Shown here: piece by piece, positions 26,508 to 41,773 of the stretch
Layout: the number at the start of each line of letters is the position of its first letter
How positions within the stretch are numbered: the first letter of the stretch is position 1
NCBI GenBank assembly: GCA_964016885.1
Contig: CAXHJY010001495.1
Span: forward strand, 1-64,000
Origin: Eledone cirrhosa
Lineage: Eukaryota
Direction: 5' to 3'
DNA: 64,000 nucleotides
Program-made: the position numbers and the translations under genes
Notes under the pieces: model-generated
Told to the model about the DNA's origin: nothing
What the model saw: the letters and a program-made list of their open reading frames with translations, nothing else
Database searches by the model: none

Positions 26508-28167
26508 GCTTAGCAATATCTTTCAATGCGAGTAGAACGATGTGACACAAAACCTGTAGAAGGTTCATTTGTTTTGATCGGCGAGATTTGAACTGAGAGA
26601 ACAGAGAGCCAAAACTAATAGAGCGACACCTTTTATCTGACGGTCTAACAACTCAATTCTCTGCCTTAACATAGAGTGACGTCGTCCAGACAGGGGAAAT
26701 TGCTTTCCAACTTCTTTTCTCGAATAAGATTGTCTATAATTTGTTGGAAACCCTGTCAAACCAGAGATTAAGATGTTTGAATTCAAACAAGTGGCTAACT
26801 ACCTCCAAAGGGGCAAATACTTTACCACTGAATGCAGCTCAACACAGTGGCATGCACCAAATAAGTCGATAGCGTTAATTACCTTACAAGATTTGTGTTA
26901 CCTACATTATCTAAGATGTGTGACGACCAAACGTCTAAGTAGGTGAATCTATTGATAGTTCCAGAGTTGTCAACTACTAAACTATTTATTTGCTGTTACC
27001 ATCAACGACATGTACTTGCTGGAGTGAATCACTTCGTTATGTCTTCTCTAAACATTTTATTCAGTTTCGGTCGAATAAACTCAGCACGATAAATTAAGGT
27101 GACAAGATTTCACAACTACATGTTTATTATATGGCGATAAAGAGGCAGTGAATCGGCGAATAGAATGTTCCACGACGTTCGTTCTCACTCTCTGCTCTCT
27201 CTCTCTGTGCTCTCTGAGTTCAAGCCCCGTCGTGGTCAGCTTTTCGTGGTCGATAAGAAAAGCATCAGTCTAGTACAGGAATCGATTCTTTCTCATTTCC
27301 TCTCTTTCTCCTTTAGAAGAGATCGACTGTGTTCAAACTTGGAGAGTGGATGCGCCCCGTCAGGTTTAAAGTGCCCAAGACAGCGCTCCTACGGATCCAT
27401 CAACAGTTACGGACCCATACATATATATGTGCATACATACAGAGATAAGTTGGAAACTGAGTGGATTGATTTTTAGGGAAGCCACAGTGAAATCTTCAAT
27501 TCTGGATGGTAACTACTGGTAACCACTGAATTCAACTTTAACAGGCGAATGTTTATTTAAAAATGGAATAACAAGTAGTATGAAGAAACGTATTTGGTCA
27601 TACAGGTGGGAATGGGAAGGAAGGTGCCCTAAAACCAGAGACCTGATTTAAATGTTTGAAAAGGGGGGACCAAAAGGTACATTCTAAAAGCTTTTTTTTT
27701 TTTTGTACTTGCACTACTAGTAGGACTATACTATCACTTAATAACCTATCTGGATATTTTATTACGAATACTGGGAAAGCCATGTTCTTGAAAGACTGCA
27801 CGACCAGTGCCGGATTTTCCATTGTGCTTAGGTGTGCTTAAACACAAGGCCCCGTTGGCCGGTGGGGGCGCATCTTCCCCCCCTCCCCCCCAAAAAAATG
27901 TTTACAATGAATTTTTCAAATGTAAGTGGCCTACTAAATTAACTAGTATAGGGCCTCGTTTCTCCTATATCCAGCACCGTGCACGACCTATCATGAATTA
28001 AAACAATGTGGATTTGAAGCAACCTTCAAAATATCCATATATAAATATATAAGTTTCAAAAGACAGCGTTAAGGGTGAAAGCAGCGATTCTTTGCTTAGA
28101 CTTTATTCTGTTCTTATAATAGACATTTGCTCTACGGGTTTATATATATATATTATTATTATTATTA

Positions 28168-28197
<30 letters not shown>

Positions 28198-28202
<5 letters not shown>

Positions 28203-28447
28203 CATAGAAAAAATTAAACTGAAATCACAGACAAGTTCGTGGTTTATCTCTGATATTTCAAGTAATACCAGAGATAAGCCACGAATTAATAAACTCGCCG
28301 AATCTTTGAGTAGATATACTTTACCCTTGGGTTCAGTTTCATATATACTCTTCCTTCAGTGCAGTTACATATATTTTATGAAGATTTTCTGCCTTGCCGT
28401 CGAGCGCTTACCGTTTCGAGTTCTAAGCTGTTAACTAGTAATAGTAA
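28198..28447. repeat. Duplicated block X (copy 2 at 31740-31990), containing a 24-bp-arm hairpin
   Basis: Near-identical 250-bp sequence at both sites. Confidence 0.9.
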
Positions 28448-29347
<900 letters not shown>

Positions 29348-29470
29348 TACATACATATTCAAAACAGGGGTGCATAGAACAATCCCTTCCCTTCAGTCAA
29401 CCTCTAGAAATCAACAGAGGTTGACTGAAGGGAAGGGATTGTTCTGTGCACCCCTGTTTTGAATATGTAT
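29348..29470. repeat. Palindrome with ~55-bp arms in (TA)n
   Basis: ATTCAAAACAGGGGTGCA...CAACCTCT [agaaatcaac] AGAGGTTG...TGCACCCCTGTTTTGAAT. Confidence 0.85.
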
Positions 29471-29490
29471 ATATATATATTTATATATAT

Positions 29491-30504
<1,014 letters not shown>

Positions 30505-30542
30505 TGTGTATGTATGTGTGTATGTATGTGTGTTTGTGTGTG

Positions 30543-30874
<332 letters not shown>

Positions 30875-31586
30875 AATCCGCAGGGCAAAACATAGAAGAA
30901 TACAGTTATATATATATATAATAATAATATTATTTATACTTATATATACACCATATATAATTATAAATAGGAAAGGTCAGTAATTCATTATCACCTTATT
31001 ACCAGTAAGAAAAATATCTCAATGTAAATACATGAGATGTTTTACAGAGCCTGAATATAGTTGTAGCTACAAATAAACATTTACTAAAATATAAGCAATG
31101 TAATGGAAAGGAAAACCTTAATATTAATACTCGCAACACATGCACATTTGAACATTACCGAAACAATTATCACATTGCATCCACCATAAACTTCATAGAA
31201 ACTGCTTTTCATACCCACGCATCTCTGTCTGCTTAATATGCTTTTATACCTGTATTGTATTATGTGATACCTTTGCCATACTGTGATATATATGCTTAGT
31301 ACCATTGCTTGTTTATTACCTGGTTATTCTGTTCATGCCTAATACCTCTGCACTCTTTCTATACGTTTGCATATGTACTGCTAATATCCTCGTTTTGCGA
31401 GTAACTTTCTTTAATTCCTCTATAATTGTTGTATTATTCTTTTACAATCTTTGTCGCATCCACTGATACTGACCACATCATCTTCACTCTTTAAATATGA
31501 CACTGTTAATGACAACACTAACATCTACGTATCTTTACAATTGTTCTGTAGAATAGGAGGTTAATTATATGTCTAAACTTTGCTAG

Positions 31587-31633
31587 TGCTCCGATGATTC
31601 CAAACGAAAGTTTGGAAGAAACGATTGTCAGCA
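31587..31633 (+). ncRNA. Type-I hammerhead (U4C core change)
   Basis: TGCT-CCGATGA-TTCCAAAC gaaa GTTTGGAA-GAAA-CGATTG-TC-AGCA, then ATAAAA and (TA)n. Confidence 0.8.
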
Positions 31634-31667
31634 ATAAAATGTTTTGAACATAGTTTTGATTATTCTG

Positions 31668-31741
<74 letters not shown>

Positions 31742-32129
31742 TAACATAGAAATAATTAAACTGAAATCACAGACAAGTTCGTGGTTTATCTCTGATATTT
31801 CAAGTAATACCAGAGATAAGCCACGAATTAATAAACCCGCCGAATCTTTGAGTAGATATACTTTAGCCTTGGGTTCAGTTTCATATATACTCTTCCTTCA
31901 GTGCAGTTACATATATTTTATGAAGATTTTCTGCCTTGCCGTCGAGCGCTTACCGTTTCGAGTTCTAAGCTGTTAACTAGTAATAGTAACTCTCTCTCTC
32001 TCTCCCTCTCTCTCTCTCCCTCTATCTCTCTCTCTCTCTCAATTAGCGAGAATCGTATTTCGGCTTTGGAAATTAGAATTAGCAAAAACAACTTCCTAGA
32101 TATGTGGCAAGCGTTCAATAATTCTAGCG

Positions 32130-33808
<1,679 letters not shown>

Positions 33809-33971
33809 TTGGAAAATGTGTGAAATCCTTGGTACAGTTAGGTATATTTGAAAAAAAAGGAAAAGAATGACTTCACTTTTTGCTATGTAGATAACAAAAT
33901 TGTAAAATTGTAATATTATAAAAGTAAATTGTTTTGGAACTACAAGTGAAGTCATTCTTTTTCCTTTTTTC

Positions 33972-34026
<55 letters not shown>

Positions 34027-34202
34027 CTCCGCCAGGCAAAAACATAGAAGAATTCAGTTACATGTATATATGTAGTAGGTGAGTAATATTGTAGAACAAT
34101 AAAACTATGCATATATCAGATAAGTAGCACTCAACAGTTGGTAGAACTGGAGTATATATAAAGAAGAAATTAAAAGATGGTTAAAAAGGTTCCACATATT
34201 TT

Positions 34203-34262
34203 TATTATGCGCATTTCGAAAACAACATCATCCTGGGACCAAAATTGTCTTCTCATCAGATA
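34203..34262 (-). ncRNA. Type-I hammerhead ribozyme
   Basis: TAT-CTGATGA-GAAGACAA..TTGTTTTC-GAAA-TGCGCA-TA-ATA; palindromic ATGCGCAT; bulged hairpin 50 nt downstream (34126-34153). Confidence 0.85.
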
Positions 34263-34334
34263 CAATAAGGTAACATGATATGAGGCCTAAAACCAGTTGT
34301 GAAGAAGAAAGTGTAGACTGGACACTTTCCTTGT

Positions 34335-34734
34335 ACATGCACACACATATATATATATATATATATGTACGTATGGGTTTACCGAACATTTACTATAATG
34401 CTCGGTTTGTTTGCTCAGCCGTTAATATGCATAAGGAAAGTATATACTTTCAGACGTTCAATCATCTGGCAGGAAGGTATACGTTGCTGACGATAGCTAA
34501 TAAGCTTGAAACTAGTACATCGTTCGTTTGTCAGTGTTGGACAAGTGGGCAACGATGGTTGCTAAACACTATACGGCTTAATTCGGGCTGTTTGTTTACA
34601 AACAGACCGAGCATTATAATAAATGTTCGGTAAATCCATACGTACATATATATATATATGTGTGCATGTATGTATATATATATACATACTACTGTACGTC
34701 TGTATACATATATGTATGTACGCGTACATACTTA

Positions 34735-34735
<1 letters not shown>
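34335..34735 (+). mobile_element. Family C (retrozyme-like) copy with an inverted 5' arm and HHR at 34481-34523
   Basis: Diverged homolog of 24600-24950; ACGTTG-CTGACGA-TAGCTAATAAGCTT-GAAA-CTAG-TA-CATCGT. Confidence 0.8.
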
Positions 34736-34773
<38 letters not shown>

Positions 34774-35265
34774 ATACTTTGGGAGGGTCATGTTGCCAAT
34801 AAGAAACACACGCACCAGTTGCTTTCACTTCAATTTAATTTAATATATATTTATAAATTTACAAATTTATAAATTTCTGGTTGGTTGGTTGGTTCCACAA
34901 CCAGATAGTTGTTTATATATATATAGTCATAGTTCTTTCGTCACACACTCTGTGACCTCTTCAGTGACTGGGGATTTCTTTCTTCGTTTCTGTGCCTTTC
35001 CTTTCTTCTATCCTACGCCATTTTGTTTGTGTGTGGGTTGCGTGCTCAGTTTGCGCATGCGCCACATCCGGGTGTCTGTGTGTGTTTGTGTTCATTTTTC
35101 TATTTTTCTATTTATATTTGTTTGTTTATTTATTTATTTATTGTTGGTTGGTTGTTTGTTCTATGTGTGTGTGTGTTTTCATTTTGTCTTGTGTGTGTTT
35201 TCATTTTGTGTGTGTTTTCAATTGTAAGTTGTTTATATATGTGTGTGTGTGTTTTCATTTTGTCC

Positions 35266-36792
35266 TTAATTGTAAGTTGTGATGTTGCTGTTCCACTCAT
35301 ATTTTCTATTTAATTTAGGTTTTAATTCTTTTATGCTTACTGCCTCTGTAATTTGCCTAAACATTGCGTCTTTCTTGTGTGTGGATTCTATTTTTATTTC
35401 TATGCTCTCTAATTTACCCCTGTGTTCTATCTTAGCATGTTGGTAGAGCACAGATGATTCTTTACTATCTTGGAGGTCTCGCCAGTGTTCATTTATTCGT
35501 TCCCCTATACTACGAGCTGTCTCACCTATGTACACTATATTTTTGTTTCTACATTGTCCCTCAGTACATCTTATGCTATATACTACATTTCTAGTTTTAC
35601 AGTTAATATGGGGGCTTATTTTACAGGTTATACATTTCTTATCTATACATGAGGGTCTTTGGAACGGGTATGTCTTGCTAATAAGTGTTTTTACGGAGGT
35701 ACCAGGTCTTTCTACTATCTTAATATTGAGATTATGTTTCTTTAGGGCCCTTCTAAATTTGTAGGCTAGTTCGCCTCTAGGGGTTGTATTGATGAACATT
35801 ACACTCTGGTATTTATTGCTATCATACCATGAGTTTATTCTATTGGCCTTGTTCTTAGTTCTTTCTATTCTATTCCAAAATTTGCTCCTATACAAGGGGC
35901 AGGTCCCATTTATGTCATTATTTACCATTTTTTCCCATTTGGTTCTGGCTCCTTTATACACTCTGATTCTATCTCTCTGATTGTAGCCAGAGAACTGCAT
36001 ACGGTGGATGAAGTGTTGTATGTGTCTCTCTAGTTCTTCGGGGTTGCACATGCGGGACACATTTCTCATCACCCGTATCAAATCCGCAATCAGTATGTTG
36101 ATTTTGGTATGGTCCGAAATGGCCGAGTTTCGGTGGATCAGATGTTTGGAAGTCATGGGTTTGGCATAATGGGAATGGAGGATTTGTTTTTGGTTGTTAA
36201 TAGTATCTAACCAGAGCTCTGTGTCTAGTACAGGTAATCGATGGTTGGGGTGTCTACTTGGGTAGTCTATAGTAACTCTAATGCTCTGGTGGATGGAGTT
36301 TGCTATTTGCTGGATGCTTTCCATTGTGTTTTTCTCAGGTTCCTGACTGTTCTTTAGTGGGGGTGTCTTAACTACGATGTTTATATCATCTACGTAGCGG
36401 GAGTACATTATCAGGGTTAAGCTGTCTTCTAATTGTTCTTTAAGTTTTTGTTTAAGTCTACTGTCCCACCATACCATGAACAAGTTAGCTATGTCGCCTG
36501 CAATGCTAACACCAATGGCTGCTCCTTCCTCTTGGGCATATGTTTTACCATTAAATTTGAACATATGTTCCTTAAGGGTTAATTTTATGCTGGCCCCTAC
36601 CGCATGTGCAATCATTTTCTTCAGTTCATCGTGGTTTTCGGGTGTCCGTATGGCTCTGGTCCACCCGTTCCATCTATCTGTGTGGGTTTTCTTGGCCATT
36701 GAGGTAATGGTAGGTGGTCTGCCTCTTGCTGGTCTTGTAGGGCACAGGTTGCTAAGGTCATAAGTGTCTAGGTAACTATTACTATGGGTAAG
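35266..36792 (-). CDS. PLE RT plus GIY-YIG endonuclease (5'-truncated; frame stays open upstream of the ATG at 36699)
   Basis: LCPTRPARGRPPTIT insert, QEEGAAIG, RYVDD, DYPS..RLPVLD, QFSGY, CxxxxCxxC linker, VVY..C...C....YIGET, R..EH, EA..I....P.LN. Confidence 0.93.
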   Translation of the reverse strand, partial: LTHSNSYLDTYDLSNLCPTRPARGRPPTITSMAKKTHTDRWNGWTRAIRTPENHDELKKMIAHAVGASIKLTLKEHMFKFNGKTYAQEEGAAIGVSIAGDIANLFMVWWDSRLKQKLKEQLEDSLTLIMYSRYVDDINIVVKTPPLKNSQEPEKNTMESIQQIANSIHQSIRVTIDYPSRHPNHRLPVLDTELWLDTINNQKQILHSHYAKPMTSKHLIHRNSAISDHTKINILIADLIRVMRNVSRMCNPEELERHIQHFIHRMQFSGYNQRDRIRVYKGARTKWEKMVNNDINGTCPLYRSKFWNRIERTKNKANRINSWYDSNKYQSVMFINTTPRGELAYKFRRALKKHNLNIKIVERPGTSVKTLISKTYPFQRPSCIDKKCITCKISPHINCKTRNVVYSIRCTEGQCRNKNIVYIGETARSIGERINEHWRDLQDSKESSVLYQHAKIEHRGKLESIEIKIESTHKKDAMFRQITEAVSIKELKPKLNRKYEWNSNITTYN

Positions 36793-36793
36793 C

Positions 36794-37525
36794 CAGTTCT
36801 CTGGCTACAATCAGAGAGATAGAATCAGAGTGTATAAAGGAGCCAGAACCAAATGGGAAAAAATGGTAAATAATGACATAAATGGGACCTGCCCCTTGTA
36901 TAGGAGCAAATTTTGGAATAGAATAGAAAGAACTAAGAACAAGGCCAATAGAATAAACTCATGGTATGATAGCAATAAATACCAGAGTGTAATGTTCATC
37001 AATACAACCCCTAGAGGCGAACTAGCCTACAAATTTAGAAGGGCCCTAAAGAAACATAATCTCAATATTAAGATAGTAGAAAGACCTGGTACCTCCGTAA
37101 AAACACTTATTAGCAAGACATACCCGTTCCAAAGACCCTCATGTATAGATAAGAAATGTATAACCTGTAAAATAAGCCCCCATATTAACTGTAAAACTAG
37201 AAATGTAGTATATAGCATAAGATGTACTGAGGGACAATGTAGAAACAAAAATATAGTGTACATAGGTGAGACAGCTCGTAGTATAGGGGAACGAATAAAT
37301 GAACACTGGCGAGACCTCCAAGATAGTAAAGAATCATCTGTGCTCTACCAACATGCTAAGATAGAACACAGGGGTAAATTAGAGAGCATAGAAATAAAAA
37401 TAGAATCCACACACAAGAAAGACGCAATGTTTAGGCAAATTACAGAGGCAGTAAGCATAAAAGAATTAAAACCTAAATTAAATAGAAAATATGAGTGGAA
37501 CAGCAACATCACAACTTACAATTAA
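36794..37525 (+). pseudogene. Inverted duplicate of the PLE C-terminus (linker plus GIY-YIG)
   Basis: Translation identical to the C-terminal part of 35266-36699. Confidence 0.93.
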
Positions 37526-37719
37526 GGACAAAATGAAAACACACACACACATATATAAACAACTTACAATTGAAAACACACACAAAATGAAAACACACAC
37601 AAGACAAAATGAAAACACACACACACATAGAACAAACAACCAACCAACAATAAATAAATAAATAAACAAACAAATATAAATAGAAAAATAGAAAAATGAA
37701 CACAAACACACACAGACAC

Positions 37720-37775
37720 CCGGATGTGGCGCATGCGCAAACTGAGCACGCAACCCACACACAAACAAAATGGCG
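37720..37775 (+). promoter_or_regulatory. Candidate PLE internal promoter: ETS, NRF1 and YY1 motifs
   Basis: CCGGATGT 37720-37727, GCGCATGCGCA 37729-37739, AAAATGGCG 37767-37775; mirrored at 35016-35071. Confidence 0.55.
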
Positions 37776-37821
37776 TAGGATAGAAGAAAGGAAAGGCACA
37801 GAAACGAAGAAAGAAATCCCC

Positions 37822-37866
37822 AGTCACTGAAGAGGTCACAGAGTGTGTGACGAAAGAACTATGACT
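37822..37866 (+). ncRNA. Minimal type-I hammerhead of the PLE terminal repeat (mirror at 34925-34969, - strand)
   Basis: AGTCA-CTGAAGA-gGTCACA gagtg TGTGAC-GAAA-GAAC-TA-TGACT. Confidence 0.85.
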
Positions 37867-38133
37867 ATATATATATAAACAACTATCTGGTTGTGGAACC
37901 AACCAACCAACCAGAAATTTATAAATTTGTAAATTTATAAATATATATTAAATTAAATTGAAGTGAAAGCAACTGGTGCGTGTGTTTCTTATTGGCAACA
38001 TGACCCTCCCAAAGTATAACAATATCGGTTTCAACACACGATTTCAGATAAAGAATCTTGCTAAACAAATTCAGAAACGAAATATATATATATATATATA
38101 TACGTTATTCCGGGTTGAATCGGAGGGTATTAA

Positions 38134-38186
<53 letters not shown>

Positions 38187-38189
<3 letters not shown>

Positions 38190-38422
38190 AGAAATATAAG
38201 CTATCGCCGTACTTTGACTAAAGAAATTACTTAGCCTGATAGTGGGGTTAAGAACCGTCGGAGAAATGGAAAAAGATGAGTACGTAAATACTCATCTTTT
38301 TCCATTTCTCCGACGGTTCTTAACCCCACTATCAGGCTAAGTAATTTCTTTAGTCAAAATACGGCTATAGCTTATATTTTTCTAATTTCAAACTCGCTCG
38401 CTGTTTCGAAAATATTCTTACT

Positions 38423-38425
<3 letters not shown>
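38187..38425. repeat. Palindrome with ~95-bp arms and a one-sided tail, in (TA)n
   Basis: Centre GAGTA-cgtaaa-TACTC at ~38285. Confidence 0.85.
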
Positions 38426-38496
<71 letters not shown>

Positions 38497-38564
38497 AAAA
38501 AGGGATGAAATCGAAAATGCAACTGAAGTCTTATTTTTTTTAAAATATATATATTTATTTGGTT

Positions 38565-38602
38565 CCTTTACCGGTTTCGCAGTTCTTCTGCTTTTCAAAA
38601 GG
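38565..38602 (-). ncRNA. Type-I hammerhead, U3:A8 core variant
   Basis: CCTT-TTGAAAA-GCAG aagaa CTGC-GAAA-CCGG-TA-AAGG. Confidence 0.82.
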
Positions 38603-38886
38603 TGAGTTGAGATGGAGGGTCTGTGGTTTTTCTCACATCTGGTTGGTCTCTAAATGTTACTTGTTTTATATGGAAAAACTGGCTCGAAAACCAGGTTTTT
38701 CGAGAAGTAATTTGATTGGTTTGTCAATAATTATAATAAATTTCGCACCAGTTCGCGTTACAATAGTTCTTCAAATAAGAGAGGGGGGGGGGGGAGTTTG
38801 TCACAGGTTGTTTTTTCATATATGAGTGTTTGAATTTCTTTTTACTTGAAAAAATGAGGCTCACGTATATATATATATATATATAC

Positions 38887-38930
<44 letters not shown>

Positions 38931-38976
38931 GATATTAACAAATGGAAACTATATTTATAAAACCATATCTATTTTA

Positions 38977-39030
38977 TTATACATATTTCAAGGATACTAT
39001 ATTAAATTATGGTATGCTTTCATCAGACAA
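38977..39030 (-). ncRNA. Degenerate hammerhead motif
   Basis: TTGT-CTGATGA-AAGcATAC..GTATcCTT-GAAA-TATGT-ATAA; the cleavage triplet is imperfect. Confidence 0.55.
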
Positions 39031-39283
39031 AATACAATATATACCAGTTTTATAAATAAATATTGACATACCCTTTCAAAATGCTACCGTTACTTTTGGA
39101 AGACATCAGTGATATCCCCGATGTCATCCAAAAGTAACATATATATATATAACGAAGGAAGTGTGGTGAGGAACCAGATGGACCATAACGCACCAGAGTA
39201 CTCAATACTTAGGGTAGTAGGGTAGGAAAAAAGAAATAGCCGTCGAAACGGCTTGAGCTCTGCCGTCGGGGGTCAAACATTTT

Positions 39284-39324
<41 letters not shown>

Positions 39325-39419
39325 AAATACTAATGATGGTTGGCAAAATCACTGATGAGGGACTAATTTTATAATATGTAATCCATGTGCAACCATGCAG
39401 TATTCTTCTTCCCCTTGTT

Positions 39420-39491
<72 letters not shown>

Positions 39492-39870
39492 GAATAATCG
39501 AGAATCGGAATATCGGCCCACGAAATCACGATAAACAACATCCGATATATGTGGCAGAGGGCTCAATAATTTGGAAAAATCAGAGCTATAACTATCGTTA
39601 AAATACCAACACATAGAGATCATGCCTAAAATCACCTGTGCAGCCGAAAAAGAACGACCATGAAGATTCGGGTCACTCAAATAAAATATCAATAAACTAA
39701 TAATTTAAATGAATGTAAAAAACTCACCCGGACCCGCTAGAAAGATGTTTAATCTAGCTTCTTGGGTTTCTGCAATTCCTTAATCCAATCACTATCAGCC
39801 CACATAAAAAATATATAAGACTTCTAGAGAAGGGATGAACGCGATATATATATATATATATATATATATT

Positions 39871-39997
39871 CGCTACAATTGCTTTCCTTTGTACGAAATA
39901 AGGTACCCAGATCCTCGGACGCTCGTCATTAACTTTTAACAGCGATCGTCTGAGGATCTGGGAACTCGTACATCCCGTTCTCACGAAAACTGTAATG
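39871..39997. ncRNA. Head-to-head pair of related but different HHRs (39871-39921 -, 39947-39997 +)
   Basis: CGT-C(C/T)GAGGA-TCTGGG is shared; stems II and III differ (GAAA-GCAATTG-TA-GCG vs GAAA-ACTG-TA-ATG). Confidence 0.65.
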
Positions 39998-40254
39998 TAA
40001 ATGCCATTTTGTCTGCAGTTAAATACATTCTCTATACTCAAACGTTGTGTCTGTAGTGCACACAAACTTGGATTGATCAGAAGTTAAATTACTATAGAGA
40101 AATTTGATATGAAAGTAAATTAATATAGACTGCCATGGTGGAGGGGAACAAGTTTACAGCAGGGTACATATAGTTATGTATTTATATCAATTGTATGAGT
40201 GTAGATTTATAAAGTGTGTCGGTGCATAAACCGCCATTTCGTTCGCTATTTCTC

Positions 40255-40457
40255 TCAGTGTATGTGTGTGTATGTGTGTGTGTGTGTGTGTGTAAATGTA
40301 TGGATATATGTATGCGTGTATGTGTGCGCATGTACATGTATGTGTGCGCATGTACATGTATGTGTGTGCGCGTACGTATGTTATGCGTGCGTGCGTGTAT
40401 GTGTGTGTGTGTATGTGTGCGTATATGTGTGCGCATGTATGTGTGTGCGCGTACGTA

Positions 40458-40496
<39 letters not shown>

Positions 40497-40725
40497 AAAT
40501 GTGTGAATGTATGTATGCGTGTAGGAGTGCGTACGTACATGTATGTGTGCGCGCGTACGTGTGTATGCGTGTGTGTGTGTATGCGTATGTGCGTGTGTAT
40601 GCGTGTGTTGTGTGTGTATGTGTATATGTGAACGTGTGTGAATGTGTGAACGTGTGTATGTGTGAATGTGTGTATATGTGAACGTGTGTATGTGTGAATG
40701 TGTATATGTGAACGTGTGTATGTAT
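40255..40725. repeat. Complex (TG)/(TA)/(CG) microsatellite
   Basis: Direct inspection. Confidence 0.95.
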
Positions 40726-40785
40726 GACTGCGAGCCAAAACAATATTTTATATCGGCTGTGATATATTTTTCTTCCTGCTTTTGT

Positions 40786-41050
40786 CCATCTCCCCATCTC
40801 CCCATCTCCCCCATCTCCCCATCACCCCCAATCTCCCCCCCCCCCCATCTCCCTATCACCCCATCTTCCCATCACCCCCATCACCCCCATCACCCCCATC
40901 ACCCCCAATCTCCCCCCATCTCCCTATCACCCCATCTCCCCCATCACCCCCATCACCCCCATCTCCCCCATCACCCCATCACCCCATCTCCCCCATCACT
41001 CCATCACCCCCCCTCTCCCCATCTCCCCCATCACCCACCCTCATCACCCC
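40786..41050. repeat. (CCCCATCT/CCCCATCA)n repeat
   Basis: About 30 C-runs; G-runs on the minus strand. Confidence 0.92.
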
Positions 41051-41773
41051 AGACTTTGCTTAATATTTCACACAGATGTGTTCTACTTCATATTTTCTTT
41101 CCATCATAAGATTCATTTGCAATGGCTGAGAAATTATTTTGTATTTCCATTCATCACATTAGTGTTTAATGTATTTGTAAACGATATACTAATCATAACA
41201 ACTAGTCATGGCTGACTTCCTGTACATTCTTGTCTCCAATAACTAGTTTAAGAGACATTTTACTTTCTATGTTGTTTAAACATAGTTTACGTTATCTTAA
41301 TTATCTTTTCGTGCTGTTTAGCATCCTTTTTTGGGGTTTATTTTTTTTTTACTGAAGAGGCTAATTTATAATGATGACGTCATACAGAAAATATGTCTCC
41401 AAAACTACTGACGTTATATAACCAGATGAACTAATTTACCTGGTGTCATATTGAAGAGAACTAACTAATACGTTGGTACTATTTCTAGACAGTGACGTCA
41501 TATAGACTTATTTTGGTGTATGTGGTGTTATATACAAGGGAACAGAAGAACTGATACACTTGAAGTTAGTTATATAATAGGGATATAACCTGTGCAGGAT
41601 TTACCATTGAGCTTATGTGCGCTTATGCACAGGGCCTCGTTCGCCAGGGCGGCCGATCTTCCTGCCAAATTTTTTTTTTTACTTCCTTCAGAGCCCAAGT
41701 AAGGGGCATCATATCTTAACTAACACAGGGCCTCATTTTTCCTAAATACGGCCCTGGATATAACGCATGCCAA

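Larger units (their letters stand above)
34766..38082. mobile_element. Penelope-like retroelement (Naiad-type), inverted head-to-head insertion in (TA)n
   Basis: Left arm 34766-36793(-), right arm 36794-38082(+). 34766-35997 mirrors 36794-38025 with identical translations. HHRs at 34925-34969 and 37822-37866. Confidence 0.95.

Noticed and set aside
31270-31480. Minus-strand peptide IEELKKVTRKTRILAVHMQTYRK, reminiscent of R4/Dong-type ORFs
   Set aside because: It is too short and interrupted to support without a profile search.
35266-36792. Selenoprotein-type Naiad (in-frame UGA plus SECIS)
   Set aside because: The visible frame has no in-frame TGA and I could not identify a SECIS by eye. 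The missing 5' part cannot be judged.
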